Positions 7,329 to 17,884 are shown, numbered from the stretch's first letter. The stretch is DNA of 64,000 bases from Planctomycetaceae bacterium (GCA_046349695.1 JAXMBV010000036.1:5713-69712), one strand, 5' to 3'. The notes: generated from the sequence alone by a model not told the origin. Made by a program: numbers and translations.

Positions 7329-9869
7329 TTACAGTGTGAGGGACGGCGATTCCCATTGAACAAAGAGTTCATCGAGTTGAGCATGAATTGGCAGTGCTGG
7401 CCGTTGATGTGTTGACGAAATGGATTCCAGCTCAGGTTGATGCACTGACAATTCGTGGCTAACCGGAGCTTTGCGTGATTTGCTCGCAGGCAGCTTCTGT
7501 GTAATGCCCTCCCTGCTGGCATGTTGTGCGACACTTCGTCCCGTTGAAGCTGATTCTGTCAGAGGTCGGAATCGCAATTCAGCTCGGGCAATCCCCTGCC
7601 CTTCCATGGTATTGTCTTTACGACGCGACGTGACGACTTTCGTTTGTTCATTACTGATCAACGGTTCGGATTCAGCAGCAGCCATTGAAATCGGCGGGTC
7701 AGCAATGTCCTGTGGATTCGTATTTCCGGCTGCGAGCGGATAACTCGCAGCAGCCGTTTGGGTTCCCGAAGTCCGGCTCGCTGCAGCATTGTACTGGTAG
7801 ATCTTTCTGGTCCCGCTGTCGACCGTCCAGATGTTGCTGACATTGGATGGATCAATCGTCAGGCCTGTTGGAGATGAATTGGCTGCATCAATCGTCCAAC
7901 TGCCCAGCAGAGTTCCGCTCAGACTGTATTTGAAAATCTTATCTGTTGTGCTGTCGTTGATTACCCAGATAGACGTTCCATCCGTCACAAGTCCCTTGGC
8001 ATTGCTATTGGTGCTGTTCAAGCTGAAACTGCTCGAGGCACTCAACGAGCCACCAAGAGTATTGGCAGCAGAATTGTATCGATACACTCTGTCCGTTTTG
8101 TTGTCGAGGATCCACACATCCGATCCGTTCGTCGTGATTCCTTCGACTTGTGCTGTCGACGAAAGGTTTGCGGCTGACCACGATCCGAGCCGCGTGCCAC
8201 TGGCCGAGTACACGTAGACGTTACGGTTCGCATCGGCGACCCAGACCTTGGTGCCCGCAGCAGTGCTGGCAGCACCCCTTGGGGCTGTGTTGCCGGTATT
8301 CAGGCTGAAGTTATCGATCGTCAGCTCACCACTCGGTGCATACTGAAACGTGCGATCGTATGAGGAATCATTGACAACGAAGAACTTCGTTGGGGCGGAT
8401 GGTGGCAGCATGATCATGTAGCCCGCCCCGTAGTTGCCAGTAAGTGACTTTTGTGGTGTCTGGATCGTAGCTCCTGCAAACCAGCCCGCCACAAACGTGT
8501 TTCCCGCTGCGTCGATGTGTAGCCCGCGGAGAGGCACAACAATATTGATGCCTGCGGAAAAGGTACCTGTTACAACACGGTCAGTTTCGATGAATGCGCC
8601 AGACGAAGTAAGCGTTGCAACAAATGCATTCTCAACGCCACCGTCCGTTGTCAGGATCTGGGAGCCGAAGCTTGCGGTTCCTCGAAAGGTCCCTGCGATT
8701 TTCACATTCCCCAGCAGGTCAAACGCCAGATCGCCGCCGTAAAGTTCCTTGTCCGTTCCTCCCATTCGCTGTGCCCAACTGACCGCACCGGTCGAACTGC
8801 TCGCTTTGGCGACATAGAAGTCGGTGTAACCAGTGCTGGTGATGGTGGTCCCGTCGAGAACGGATGTCCCTTCGAACTTACCGGAGATGTAGAGCTGTTG
8901 ATCGGGGCCGATGGCAACATCCGTCACAATATTGCTGCTGTCTCCGCTCAGTGACCGTGCCCACACAAAGTTGCCAGCCGTGTCAAGTTTGGTCAGTAGT
9001 CCATCAGCAACCGGGCTGCCAAACGGGCTCGGGAGATAAGCGGTGCTGACGAGCGTTCCCGTTGGAAGTTCGAGCGTGCCCTGGAACCTGCCGGCGGCGT
9101 AGATCATGCCGCTGGAGTCGATCGCAAGGCTCTGCAAAGAGCCGGACATTGTTCCGCTGGCTGATTGAGTCCACACAGAAGATCCATCGGCGGCGAACTT
9201 GCTGACGTAAACAGTCTGACCATTCCAGAAATCGCTGTTGCCTGACCCTGTCGCCTGGTCCAGAACCCCTGACACGACGACGTTACGATCACCATCCACG
9301 GCTATTCCGTTGCCACTGTCGTTGAGACTACCGCCAATGGATCGAGCCCAAAGGAACTGTCCCGTGCTTCCATTGAGCTTTGCAACAAATCCGTCTGTTC
9401 CTCCCAAACTGGTTAATGTTGTTGAACCGAATTTCGCAGTGCCGTCAAACGACCCGGTGATGACAACGTCACCATTGATATCAAGGGAGATGTTGTTGCT
9501 CCAGTCGTTGTCTCCTGTTGCATTACCGGCTGTCACGGCCCAAAGGAACTGTCCGGCAGCGTTTTGCTTCGCCACAAAGATCTCTCGATTTGTGACGGCT
9601 GGCAAGGTGATGCTGCCAAAGGTTGCAGGATCTGCAGAATAAAGCAGAGTTCCCGTAAAAACATGATTTCCCGCGGCATCTCCGTCCATGTCGGACACGA
9701 GAGCCGACTGCATGGAAGTGGACCAGCCTGCGGTCAGAAGAGAACGAACCTCAAGGGATTCAAGTTGCTGTGGAACCGAGACTCGACATCGCCGAAGTGA
9801 CGAACGGCACAGACGGGTCTGGCAGAAGTGCAGGGTCTTCTGAATCTTGGCAATTGTTGTGGACAGCAT
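7329..9869 (-). CDS. secreted SBBP-type beta-propeller repeat protein
   Basis: ATG start. The N-terminus carries 'QQLESLEVRSLLTAG'. There are multiple ~45-aa repeats of the form 'GDVVITGSFDGTAKFGSTTLTSLGGTDGFVAKLNGSTGQFLWA' (SBBP-like). The C-terminal half has 4-5 further blades of the form 'G(I/L)TTDG..(I/V)W(V/I).D....++IY.Y'. Confidence 0.8.
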   Translation of the reverse strand: MLSTTIAKIQKTLHFCQTRLCRSSLRRCRVSVPQQLESLEVRSLLTAGWSTSMQSALVSDMDGDAAGNHVFTGTLLYSADPATFGSITLPAVTNREIFVAKQNAAGQFLWAVTAGNATGDNDWSNNISLDINGDVVITGSFDGTAKFGSTTLTSLGGTDGFVAKLNGSTGQFLWARSIGGSLNDSGNGIAVDGDRNVVVSGVLDQATGSGNSDFWNGQTVYVSKFAADGSSVWTQSASGTMSGSLQSLAIDSSGMIYAAGRFQGTLELPTGTLVSTAYLPSPFGSPVADGLLTKLDTAGNFVWARSLSGDSSNIVTDVAIGPDQQLYISGKFEGTSVLDGTTITSTGYTDFYVAKASSSTGAVSWAQRMGGTDKELYGGDLAFDLLGNVKIAGTFRGTASFGSQILTTDGGVENAFVATLTSSGAFIETDRVVTGTFSAGINIVVPLRGLHIDAAGNTFVAGWFAGATIQTPQKSLTGNYGAGYMIMLPPSAPTKFFVVNDSSYDRTFQYAPSGELTIDNFSLNTGNTAPRGAASTAAGTKVWVADANRNVYVYSASGTRLGSWSAANLSSTAQVEGITTNGSDVWILDNKTDRVYRYNSAANTLGGSLSASSSFSLNSTNSNAKGLVTDGTSIWVINDSTTDKIFKYSLSGTLLGSWTIDAANSSPTGLTIDPSNVSNIWTVDSGTRKIYQYNAAASRTSGTQTAAASYPLAAGNTNPQDIADPPISMAAAESEPLISNEQTKVVTSRRKDNTMEGQGIARAELRFRPLTESASTGRSVAQHASREGITQKLPASKSRKAPVSHELSVHQPELESISSTHQRPALPIHAQLDELFVQWESPSLTL

Positions 9870-10102
9870 TGGTCACTCCATCTTCTCAGTTCAACTGGGG
9901 GGATTCATCACGACTTCGAACGTAATGCGACGTCACGCCGAAAACGGCTCATGGATTCTTCAGAATTCTCTGGAAACACAGCGGTCCGGAGTCAGGGCAG
10001 CCAACGCGGGACGTGGCACCGTTTGCGGACTCATAGTCAAAGGCATGGCCCGGGCCGCACCGTGGTCAGTACACACGTCGCCATCGTCGCTTCGATGCGA
10101 GC

Positions 10103-13100
10103 CTATTTCGGCATTTGAGACTCGATCTGACGTTTGCAGGATTCGACCCATTCAGCAGATGGGTACGTCCAGTCGGGGTTCCTTGACCCGAGTTCGTGTC
10201 CCTTCTGCAGTTCCACAAGAGCTTCAGCAAGCAATCCCTTGTTGCGCAGAGCGTGCCCGAGATTGCAATGCGCATCGGGGACGTTCGGGTCAAGTTGTAT
10301 CACAGCCTGTGCTTCGGAAATGGCTGAGTCCCAGTCCATGCGTTTCATGAATTCGATACAGAGATTCATGTGAGCCGAAAGATCCTTTGGATCGATCTCT
10401 GCGGCCTTCCGATAAGCGGTCAATGCTGCGTCATCATCACCTGCTTTTGAAACGTTATTGCCCAGTGAAACAAATAGCTGCGCATTCTTCGGCTGAATTC
10501 TGACGGCTTGTTGCAGTGCGGCCGCGGCACCGGGAAAGTCACCTTTCAGTTCGCATGCGGTAGCGAGGTTTGCGTAGTACAGGGCATCGTCAGGTTGCAG
10601 TTCGATTGCCTTTTGAAATGCTGCGATCGCTTCATCGTAGTGTTGACGCTCATCACAGAGCAGACCGCCCAGCCCGTTCCATGCATTAGATTCATTAGGC
10701 TTTAGCTTGATGGACGTACGAAAGGCCTGCTCCGCTTCGTCGATCATCCTGGTGTGTTTCAGGGAATTCCCGAGATTCGTGTAGGCTCGGGCCGTCGGTG
10801 CTAATCGGACAGATTCCCGAAGAGCAGTGACCGCAGCGTCGAATTGCCCCTTGTGATAATAGAGTGTGCCAAGATTGTAGTGAAAATCAGGTTCATCTGG
10901 TTGAAGTGAGATTGCGGTCTTGATGGACGCCATCGCATCATCCAACTGTCCAGCGTCCGCCTGTGCGCGGCTCAGGTTGCTGTACGCCAGCGCAAACTCT
11001 GGCTGAATTTCGATCGCTTGTTTGTGCGATGAAATGGCCTCCTCAACTCGACCCGACCTGGCGAGTGCATTACCGAGGTTCGTCAATACAGCAGAATTGC
11101 CCGGACGAACAGCGAGCGCTGCTCGATAGTAACCAATTGCTTCACTTACCTCTGGTGGATTCGAATTCAGATAATGCTGCGCCAGTGCGAGATTCAGCCA
11201 GAAGTCCGCAGGATTCCTTCGTTGAGCCTCGGACAACACGGTCCAGACGTTCGGGTCGAGGATCAACCATCGGAGCAGAACGATTTCTGACGGATGGAGA
11301 ATCCGATCAGGCTGGAGACTTGCATGAAACTCTCGAAGATTCTTCATGTCACGAGTTTTCAGCAAGTCTCTCAGCCGGACACGCTGCGGATCCGGATCCA
11401 CAACGTTGGCTACATTCAGCAGCTGACGCGACCGCACTTTTTCTTCTTCTGTGACGCCCCACTCGTAGATGGCCCACCTATCGATGGCTGCCACAAATTC
11501 ATCTCGAATTGGCCCTTTCGGCAGCTTTGCAGAAATCAGTTCTGGAGCACTGGATTCGAGGTCCACTCCATAGGCAAGAAAAGCGTTGCGGTACACTTCT
11601 CTTCCACCCCTGAAAGAAAATCCGGCCTGGTTTGTGGCTGCTGATTCGGATTGAATCTCATCAAAACGCTGAACAGTTTTCAGGGCGTTCTTTCGAGCCT
11701 GAATGTCTGAATTCAGCGACTCATCGAGATTCGTCGAACGCAGCAGTGCTTCTGCCTGTCCAAGAGACGCGAGAGCTTCATACCAGTGTTTCGTCTGTTG
11801 CCATCGATCACACTCCTCCAGAGCCTTCATGGCAAGAAGCGACGATTCGGCTCTGTGCGCTGCCGCCACAGAAGCTTGCCACAGAAGCACACAGAGAAGA
11901 CAGAGCACCGGTATTGAAATGGAAGCAACAGTGGTCAGCTGACGCCGATTCCTTCTGACGAATTTTCTGAGCGAATACAGAAGTGAAGGCGGTAATGCCT
12001 GAACAGGTTCGTCCTGCAGATACCGTTGCACATCTGCAGCCAGTTCTCCGGCAGAGTCGTACCGTCGATTTCGATCCTTCTCAAGACTCTTCATCACGAT
12101 CCAGTCAAGCTCTCGCCGGAGTTCGTTGCCGAGGTCTCGAGTTTCGTGTTCGGAAAGACTGGATGATGTTCCGGGAACTGTGTCTTTTGTCTTTAAACGA
12201 AGACTGGGGCGTTGCGGCTCGTCTTCGCAGATGATTCGGCAAACATCTTCGAAGCTGTGATTGTTCATGAACTCTCTTGTCACCGGAGTCGTCTCGGTGA
12301 GCAGTTCGTAGAGCACAACTCCCAGGGAATACACGTCGCTCCGTGTATCAATGTCGATGGCACCGTGCGATGCCTGTTCCGGACTCATGTAGAGTGGCGT
12401 GCCAAGAAACTGGCCCGGTTTTGTCAGCAGAGTCTGCTCAACCATGGCGACGGACTTGGCAACTCCAAAATCAATCACTTTGACCAGTGGAATACCATCC
12501 TGTTCTGCCACCAGAATATTCGAGGGCTTTAAGTCGCGGTGAATAACCCCCTTCTGATGAGCGTGCTGAAGTGCCTCGCACACGTCCACAAACAAGCCTA
12601 GTCGTTCACGAATGGAGGCATTTCGTCTTTCACAGAATCGGGTGATGGGAATTCCAGCGATATATTCCATCACGAAGTAAGGTTGGCCCGTCTCGGTCGT
12701 CCCTCCATCAAGGATTCTCGCAATATGCGGATGGTCCATCAGGGCCAGGGCCTGCCGCTCAATATCAAATCGAACAAGATCATGGTGTGTCGTGAGTCCC
12801 GGCTTGATGATCTTCAGGGCAACATTTCGTCGGATTGGTTCTTCCTGCTCTGCAAGAAAAACAACACCCATTCCTCCTTCACCCAGGATGGATCGGAGCA
12901 AATAGGGACCAATCTGCGTCCCAACCGAAGTTAGCGAATCCGAAGGCACCAGAGTAGGAGCGTCAACAAGTGCGGAGTCGTTGAGGAAGTCGCCAGCTTC
13001 CAGGAAATTGGCAACCATTGCTTCGACATGTTTCTGGAGTTCCGCATCCCCTGCGCACGCCGCAAAAATGAGTGCGGCTCTCTCCTCGGCAGACGGAAGT

Positions 13101-13150
13101 TCGACGGCGGCGGCGAGAATCGTGTCAACGTTCTTCAGAATCCGTGGCAT
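10103..13150 (-). CDS. Ser/Thr protein kinase with TM segment and periplasmic TPR repeats
   Basis: Kinase motifs: GEGGMGVVFLA, ALKIIK, HRDLKPSNIL, DFG, SPEQ. TM segment: TVASISIPVLCLLCVLLW. More than 10 TPR-like 34-aa repeats follow (e.g. AYSNLSRAQADAGQLDDAMASIKTAISLQPDEPD). Confidence 0.9.
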   Translation of the reverse strand: MPRILKNVDTILAAAVELPSAEERAALIFAACAGDAELQKHVEAMVANFLEAGDFLNDSALVDAPTLVPSDSLTSVGTQIGPYLLRSILGEGGMGVVFLAEQEEPIRRNVALKIIKPGLTTHHDLVRFDIERQALALMDHPHIARILDGGTTETGQPYFVMEYIAGIPITRFCERRNASIRERLGLFVDVCEALQHAHQKGVIHRDLKPSNILVAEQDGIPLVKVIDFGVAKSVAMVEQTLLTKPGQFLGTPLYMSPEQASHGAIDIDTRSDVYSLGVVLYELLTETTPVTREFMNNHSFEDVCRIICEDEPQRPSLRLKTKDTVPGTSSSLSEHETRDLGNELRRELDWIVMKSLEKDRNRRYDSAGELAADVQRYLQDEPVQALPPSLLYSLRKFVRRNRRQLTTVASISIPVLCLLCVLLWQASVAAAHRAESSLLAMKALEECDRWQQTKHWYEALASLGQAEALLRSTNLDESLNSDIQARKNALKTVQRFDEIQSESAATNQAGFSFRGGREVYRNAFLAYGVDLESSAPELISAKLPKGPIRDEFVAAIDRWAIYEWGVTEEEKVRSRQLLNVANVVDPDPQRVRLRDLLKTRDMKNLREFHASLQPDRILHPSEIVLLRWLILDPNVWTVLSEAQRRNPADFWLNLALAQHYLNSNPPEVSEAIGYYRAALAVRPGNSAVLTNLGNALARSGRVEEAISSHKQAIEIQPEFALAYSNLSRAQADAGQLDDAMASIKTAISLQPDEPDFHYNLGTLYYHKGQFDAAVTALRESVRLAPTARAYTNLGNSLKHTRMIDEAEQAFRTSIKLKPNESNAWNGLGGLLCDERQHYDEAIAAFQKAIELQPDDALYYANLATACELKGDFPGAAAALQQAVRIQPKNAQLFVSLGNNVSKAGDDDAALTAYRKAAEIDPKDLSAHMNLCIEFMKRMDWDSAISEAQAVIQLDPNVPDAHCNLGHALRNKGLLAEALVELQKGHELGSRNPDWTYPSAEWVESCKRQIESQMPK

Positions 13151-13261
13151 ATGTGCAAAAGCCGATCAGAGAGCATTCTTAGGATATGTGAGTACTGCCG
13201 GTCTGCGGCAGACGAACGACATTTGATCATCTCCTAATGCGACTTCTGCCCAAAATTCGGC

Positions 13262-13858
13262 TCACTGATTTTCCAGCGAAGAACGTTCCGTCTTTGCGTC
13301 TCGAACTGCTCCGTACAGCCAGGCTCGTGCGTACACCCAGTGCCGCTTCACAGTCGCCAATGAAATTCCAAGGTTTTCGGCGATTTCTTCGAGTGTCATT
13401 CCCGCAAAGTATCTGAGCTTTACGATCTGGGCCTTTTCAGGAACCTCCTGCTCAAATTCGGACAACGCTGTGTCGAGTGCAAGGAGTTCATCACTCCGAG
13501 AATTTGAGTCATCTGAGAGGGAAACTGCGGCCTCCAGATCGATTCTTTGAGCTCCGCCACCGCGTTTCTGCCGCTTTTTGCTTCTTGCGGACTCAATCAG
13601 GATTCGTCGCATGGCCTCAGCCGCTGCGGCAAAAAAATGGGCTCGCGAATGGAATTTCTGTGCCTGTTGCACATCGACCAGTCGAACAAAAGCATCATGG
13701 ACCAGGGCAGTCGCCTGCAGCGTTTGCCCTGGGAGTTCGCTGGCCATTCGCGCGGCTGCCAGTCGCCTCAGTTCTTCATAAACCAACGGAAACAAGTTCC
13801 GTGCAGCATTCGCATCTCCGGAATCAACTTGCTTCAAAATCTGAGTAACATCAGGCAT
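13262..13858 (-). CDS. ECF-type RNA polymerase sigma factor (kinase-associated type)
   Basis: 'VTQILKQVDSGDANAARNLFPLVYEELRRLAAARMASELPGQTLQATALVHDAFVRL' matches the TIGR02999/Sigma70_ECF-type N-terminus as I recall it. The C-terminal region 4 HTH is 'MTLEEIAENLGISLATVKRHW'. Confidence 0.9.
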   Translation of the reverse strand: MPDVTQILKQVDSGDANAARNLFPLVYEELRRLAAARMASELPGQTLQATALVHDAFVRLVDVQQAQKFHSRAHFFAAAAEAMRRILIESARSKKRQKRGGGAQRIDLEAAVSLSDDSNSRSDELLALDTALSEFEQEVPEKAQIVKLRYFAGMTLEEIAENLGISLATVKRHWVYARAWLYGAVRDAKTERSSLENQ

Positions 13859-14261
13859 TCATTCAGTCTAACCGGATTGCATCCGTCGTTCCACAGATCC
13901 ACTGGGTGAGATACCAGTTCGGGGGCCGACCGAATGATGCCGCGCGGCAAGGAACGCTGACTGAAGTGACGGTGAGGATCAGAAATGTCGAATTCGGTAC
14001 ACTGCAAACGCTTCGTCGGTGTTCCCGATCAATTGCTGGTCTGACGTGAAGTGTCACCCCGGAAACATACGTTCCAGCTCTTCCACTAACGACCGCATCG
14101 TGAGTGCCAGCAAGGCGACGAACGACATCGTCACTGGCTTTCTTGAACCGTTCGTTATGTCTGCAAAGTGAGTCCCATTTTTAGAACAGCTGTTGGGACG
14201 CTCTACCAGATCTGCATTGGTTGACACAAGCTTCCAGTGTACTCAACCACGAGAGAAAAAC

Positions 14262-14335
<74 letters not shown>

Positions 14336-14486
14336 GGAGGATGCGGTTTGAGACACCCATCGGAGGGATAGGATACAAAGATTTTGGGCGGTTTGAACGT
14401 TGAACCTCGGTTTGGTCAAAAATGGGCGGACGCAGCGGTTGGAAGCTGTGCGCGTGGGTGTCTCCAGGGCGATGGGGAAACAGGCG

Positions 14487-15704
14487 TCACGTGACCTCCG
14501 GCAGGGCTTCAAAGACCTGCTTGACCAGCAATGTGGTCTTGTAGCGGATGATTTTGGCGTTGGTTTCGAGGGTGGTGAACTGGTCGGCGGTGAGTTCGGG
14601 GATGGCGAGCAGGATGGGGGCGTCACGGAAGACTTTGAGGGTTTCAAGGCGATGTTCGATGTATTCGGGGGTCCAGAAGCCGACGATTTCCATGAGCACT
14701 TTTCGCCCCGATTCATGCTGGAGCACGAAGTCGGGGACGAATGTCTTCTGGCCGGCATGCAGGATCTGGGCTTCGCGATGAAGACTCCATCCGCCACGGG
14801 GTTCTTCGCCCCACTTGCTGTAGAACTCCGCTTCGATCGATGAGTCAAATTCGGAATCCGGTGGAAGGTGACTCTGCAGGCCATCTTCCGATGTGAGCTT
14901 CAGCTGAAACTTCATGCGAGCAAATCGAGTTTCTGCAGTGACGACCATCGTCCAGTCGCGACAGCAAATCAGAGCAGGAAGAAACCTGGCCATGTTGACG
15001 CCGTAGCGCCGAGTTTCCCGGAGCACTGATGCCGGGCCGGTCAGATCGACTCGATACATCCCCGGCGTTGGACACGTGATCGTATGCATGAGCCTGGCCA
15101 GACGAGCGGCTCGAAGGATGCGTTTGAAATCGGACTGAATCAGAATGGTCATCGACGTCGCCGTGAACAACGCGGCCTGGACCTGAGCCACGTTGTAGCG
15201 CGACAAAAGTGCTCGGGGCGATTCGTACCCTTCGAACGATTCCAGTTGATGATATTCCACGACATCCGCAAACAGCTCTTCCTGAATCTCATACCAGTCG
15301 CGACCCAGCTCTTCGGCGATCATCATCTGGATATCAGTGGCAGAACGTTCGAAGAGAGTATCGCGCTGAAGAACCAGCGGATGATACTGAGCGGCTCGAC
15401 GAAACACGTCACGTCGCAGACTGGCAGCGTTTCGGCGGGCTGAGCTGGCATAGGTCGACTGATCGTCCAGCAGTTTGCAAAACGCTTCGATGCGTCGCAG
15501 CGGGCAGTCCGGTTCATTCTCGAAGACTCGATGCACGTCCCGATGAAGGTCTTTGCGGCGACGTCCCCTGCCCTTGCGATAAATGTCCAGCATCTGTTCG
15601 GCCAGCGCTGGATACTGCGCATGATGGCGCGTGCTGAGCCGATCCGGGATGATCAGTCGCCGTGGAAAATCGTACTCGGCAATCGCGTGTTCTCGAGTCA
15701 GCAC
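14487..15704 (-). CDS. DUF790 (Bax1-like) endonuclease partner of XPB helicase
   Basis: The GTG start lies 2 nt after the helicase stop (TAAccGTG). The N-terminus 'MLTREHAIAEYDFPRRLIIPDRL...' and the ~400 aa size fit DUF790. The pairing with an XPB-type helicase is the classical XPB-Bax1 arrangement. Confidence 0.75.
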   Translation of the reverse strand: MLTREHAIAEYDFPRRLIIPDRLSTRHHAQYPALAEQMLDIYRKGRGRRRKDLHRDVHRVFENEPDCPLRRIEAFCKLLDDQSTYASSARRNAASLRRDVFRRAAQYHPLVLQRDTLFERSATDIQMMIAEELGRDWYEIQEELFADVVEYHQLESFEGYESPRALLSRYNVAQVQAALFTATSMTILIQSDFKRILRAARLARLMHTITCPTPGMYRVDLTGPASVLRETRRYGVNMARFLPALICCRDWTMVVTAETRFARMKFQLKLTSEDGLQSHLPPDSEFDSSIEAEFYSKWGEEPRGGWSLHREAQILHAGQKTFVPDFVLQHESGRKVLMEIVGFWTPEYIEHRLETLKVFRDAPILLAIPELTADQFTTLETNAKIIRYKTTLLVKQVFEALPEVT

Positions 15705-15706
15705 GG

Positions 15707-17065
15707 TTATCGCCCCGGCTTTCGGCGAGTGCCCTTGAAGGTCTCATGCTGACGTCGCTGGCGAGAACGTTTTTCGTCGTTCGTACCCGCGCAGACGACT
15801 TCATACAGGATGGCTCGTTCATCGCCGCTGCGGCGAAGAATGCGGCCCAGTCGCTGGCGAGCCTGACGCGAAGACGACATACCTCCGATGACGATCGCAA
15901 CTTTGGCGGCCGGCACATCAACGCCTTCATCGAGAACCTGGTTGGCGACGATGGCGGGATAGTCGCCGGATGCAAAGCCTTCCAGGATGTCGAGCCGTTC
16001 TTTCTTGCCACAGTGGCTGAGCAAACAGGGGATCAGGAATCGAAGCGACACATCGCGAGCCATCGCATTCGATCCCGCGAAGACGATGCAGCGTTCTCGC
16101 GAATGAAGGCGAAAGAGATCTTCCAGCGTCTTCAGTTTTTCTTCGGCTCGATCTTCAATCGCCTTCTTCGCATGGAAGGCCTTGAGTGCCCGGCGAGCTT
16201 CTCCGGAGACGCTGCTGGAGGAACAGAGGTCTTCCCAGGAGAATGTGGAATCTTCCTGGCGCTGTTCGTACATGTACGTGCTGACTTCTTCGGCCAGAAG
16301 ATCGTATCGCTTTTGTTCTTCGTCGCTGAGATGAACTGGGATGCGAACGATGTCATAGTCCGCCAGCGTTTTTCCTCGAACGGCACTGATGGGAAGTTCA
16401 TAAACGGTTGGCCCGATCAGCTGTCGAAGATCCGCATGTCGACCGTCGGAACGTTCAGGAGTTGCCGTCAGCCCCAGGCGAGCCCTCGCAGCGCACATGG
16501 CGGCGGCATCGCGTCGAATGGGGCCAGGCAGGTGATGGCATTCATCGAAGACGATCAGGCCAAAGCGGTCACCGAGCGTCGGCATGTGAATACAGGCGCT
16601 GTCGTAGGTGGTGACGGAAACCGGCCGGACCTGGAAGACACTGTCGCCGATGATGCCGGCCTCGTAGTTCAGACTTCGCAGGATGCGTCGATGCCACTGG
16701 TACATCAGATCGCGAACCGGAGCGACGACCAGAGTTGCTGTCTTTGTCAGTTGCATGATTCGCAGAGCCACTTCGGTCTTGCCCGTGCCAGTGGGCATCA
16801 CGATGCAGCCTCGCTGCCCGCCGCTCATCCATGCATCGACGGCAGCAATTTGTTCCGGCCGAAGCTGGCAGGTCAGTTCCGCCTTCCATCGCACTTCTCG
16901 AGGCTGATCAATCGCGTCATGAAACGTGACACCGCGACTGTGGAGCCCATCGACAACCCGAGCATACTCAATCGCATCACAGCGGACCGCACCGACTCGC
17001 TGATCGAACACCCAGAAGACCTGAGGAAACCAGTTCCGCAGTTTCTCAATCGCGAGCCCCGTCAA
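15707..17065 (-). CDS. XPB/Rad25-like SF2 DNA helicase
   Basis: Motif I is VMPTGTGKTEVA, motif II is VFDECHHLPG, motif III is LGLTATPERSDG, and C-terminal 'RQRLGRILRR' is motif VI. The only canonical start in the frame is TTG 17065, so the N-terminus is uncertain (see findings). Confidence 0.85.
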   Translation of the reverse strand: MTGLAIEKLRNWFPQVFWVFDQRVGAVRCDAIEYARVVDGLHSRGVTFHDAIDQPREVRWKAELTCQLRPEQIAAVDAWMSGGQRGCIVMPTGTGKTEVALRIMQLTKTATLVVAPVRDLMYQWHRRILRSLNYEAGIIGDSVFQVRPVSVTTYDSACIHMPTLGDRFGLIVFDECHHLPGPIRRDAAAMCAARARLGLTATPERSDGRHADLRQLIGPTVYELPISAVRGKTLADYDIVRIPVHLSDEEQKRYDLLAEEVSTYMYEQRQEDSTFSWEDLCSSSSVSGEARRALKAFHAKKAIEDRAEEKLKTLEDLFRLHSRERCIVFAGSNAMARDVSLRFLIPCLLSHCGKKERLDILEGFASGDYPAIVANQVLDEGVDVPAAKVAIVIGGMSSSRQARQRLGRILRRSGDERAILYEVVCAGTNDEKRSRQRRQHETFKGTRRKPGR

Positions 17066-17167
17066 CAGCAGAGTGCCACTGGCGAAGGTCAGTTCTGTGA
17101 CTCGCGATTGCGGGAGTTGCTGGTTCAGACAAGAGGTCTCCGTCAGTTCTTCCGACCCGGCAGGCTG

Positions 17168-17884
17168 TTAACCATCTGTTTTCGCTGCGTTCGCAGTGGA
17201 TTTACTTTTTCTGTCAGCTTTGCCGGAGTCAGGCTGGCTTTTCATCCACCAAAACAGACTGATGATCAATACCAGCATGCAGATTGTAAAGGTGGCGAGA
17301 CCGGCTTTGTAGAGGCCTTCGCCTGGAACCGGTTCTGCGTCGCCTTCCAGTGGTTCATCGGGGGCTTTCGCAATGGCGTCGTTCTGAATTTGCCGTTCGA
17401 GCTGGCGTGCCCATGCACTTCGAGCCTCCGTCGCGTCATTCCTGCCACCCGGAAGGTCACGACCCAGTTCACGAAATCCGTCCTGGATGTCCCCTATGAA
17501 ACCAAGTGCAAGCGCCAGGTAAAAATGCTCGGCAATGATCGGACTGGATGACGCGACAACGGATTCTCCCTGCTCATAAAATTTCCATGCACGATTCTTC
17601 TGCTCAAAGTAGTCATACTCGAGTGCATAGTTTTCCCATGCTGGCATATGGTTTGTCAGCACTTCATCAGCCCAGTAGATGAGCATGGCTTTCAGGTTTC
17701 GCCACTCAGCTGACGGAAGCCCGGTATTTTCGACGGTGATTCGGTGTTCAATCAGCTGGAGGTCCTGCTTTAGTCGGCGCTGCAGATCCATCAGCTGTGA
17801 ATCGTCGGGTGACTTGTTGTGATTGATCAGCGTCAGCACTTTGAGGAAAAACGGTTCCGTCAGTGTGGCAACAGAGTTTGCCAT
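17168..17884 (-). CDS. tssL: T6SS membrane protein TssL (DotU family), no peptidoglycan-binding extension
   Basis: ATG start. DotU-like blocks: 'AMLIYWADEVLTN', 'YDYFEQKNRAWKFYE', 'AEHFYLALALGFIGD'. There is a single C-terminal TM (GLATFTICMLVLIISLFWWM). Confidence 0.75.
   Translation of the reverse strand: MANSVATLTEPFFLKVLTLINHNKSPDDSQLMDLQRRLKQDLQLIEHRITVENTGLPSAEWRNLKAMLIYWADEVLTNHMPAWENYALEYDYFEQKNRAWKFYEQGESVVASSSPIIAEHFYLALALGFIGDIQDGFRELGRDLPGGRNDATEARSAWARQLERQIQNDAIAKAPDEPLEGDAEPVPGEGLYKAGLATFTICMLVLIISLFWWMKSQPDSGKADRKSKSTANAAKTDG

Noticed and set aside
15662-17551. 629-aa plus-strand ORF.
   Set aside because: It lies entirely antisense to the well-supported XPB helicase and tssL genes, which have clear SF2 and DotU motifs. 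Its translation is Arg/Ser/Ala-rich with no motifs. This is a typical shadow ORF.
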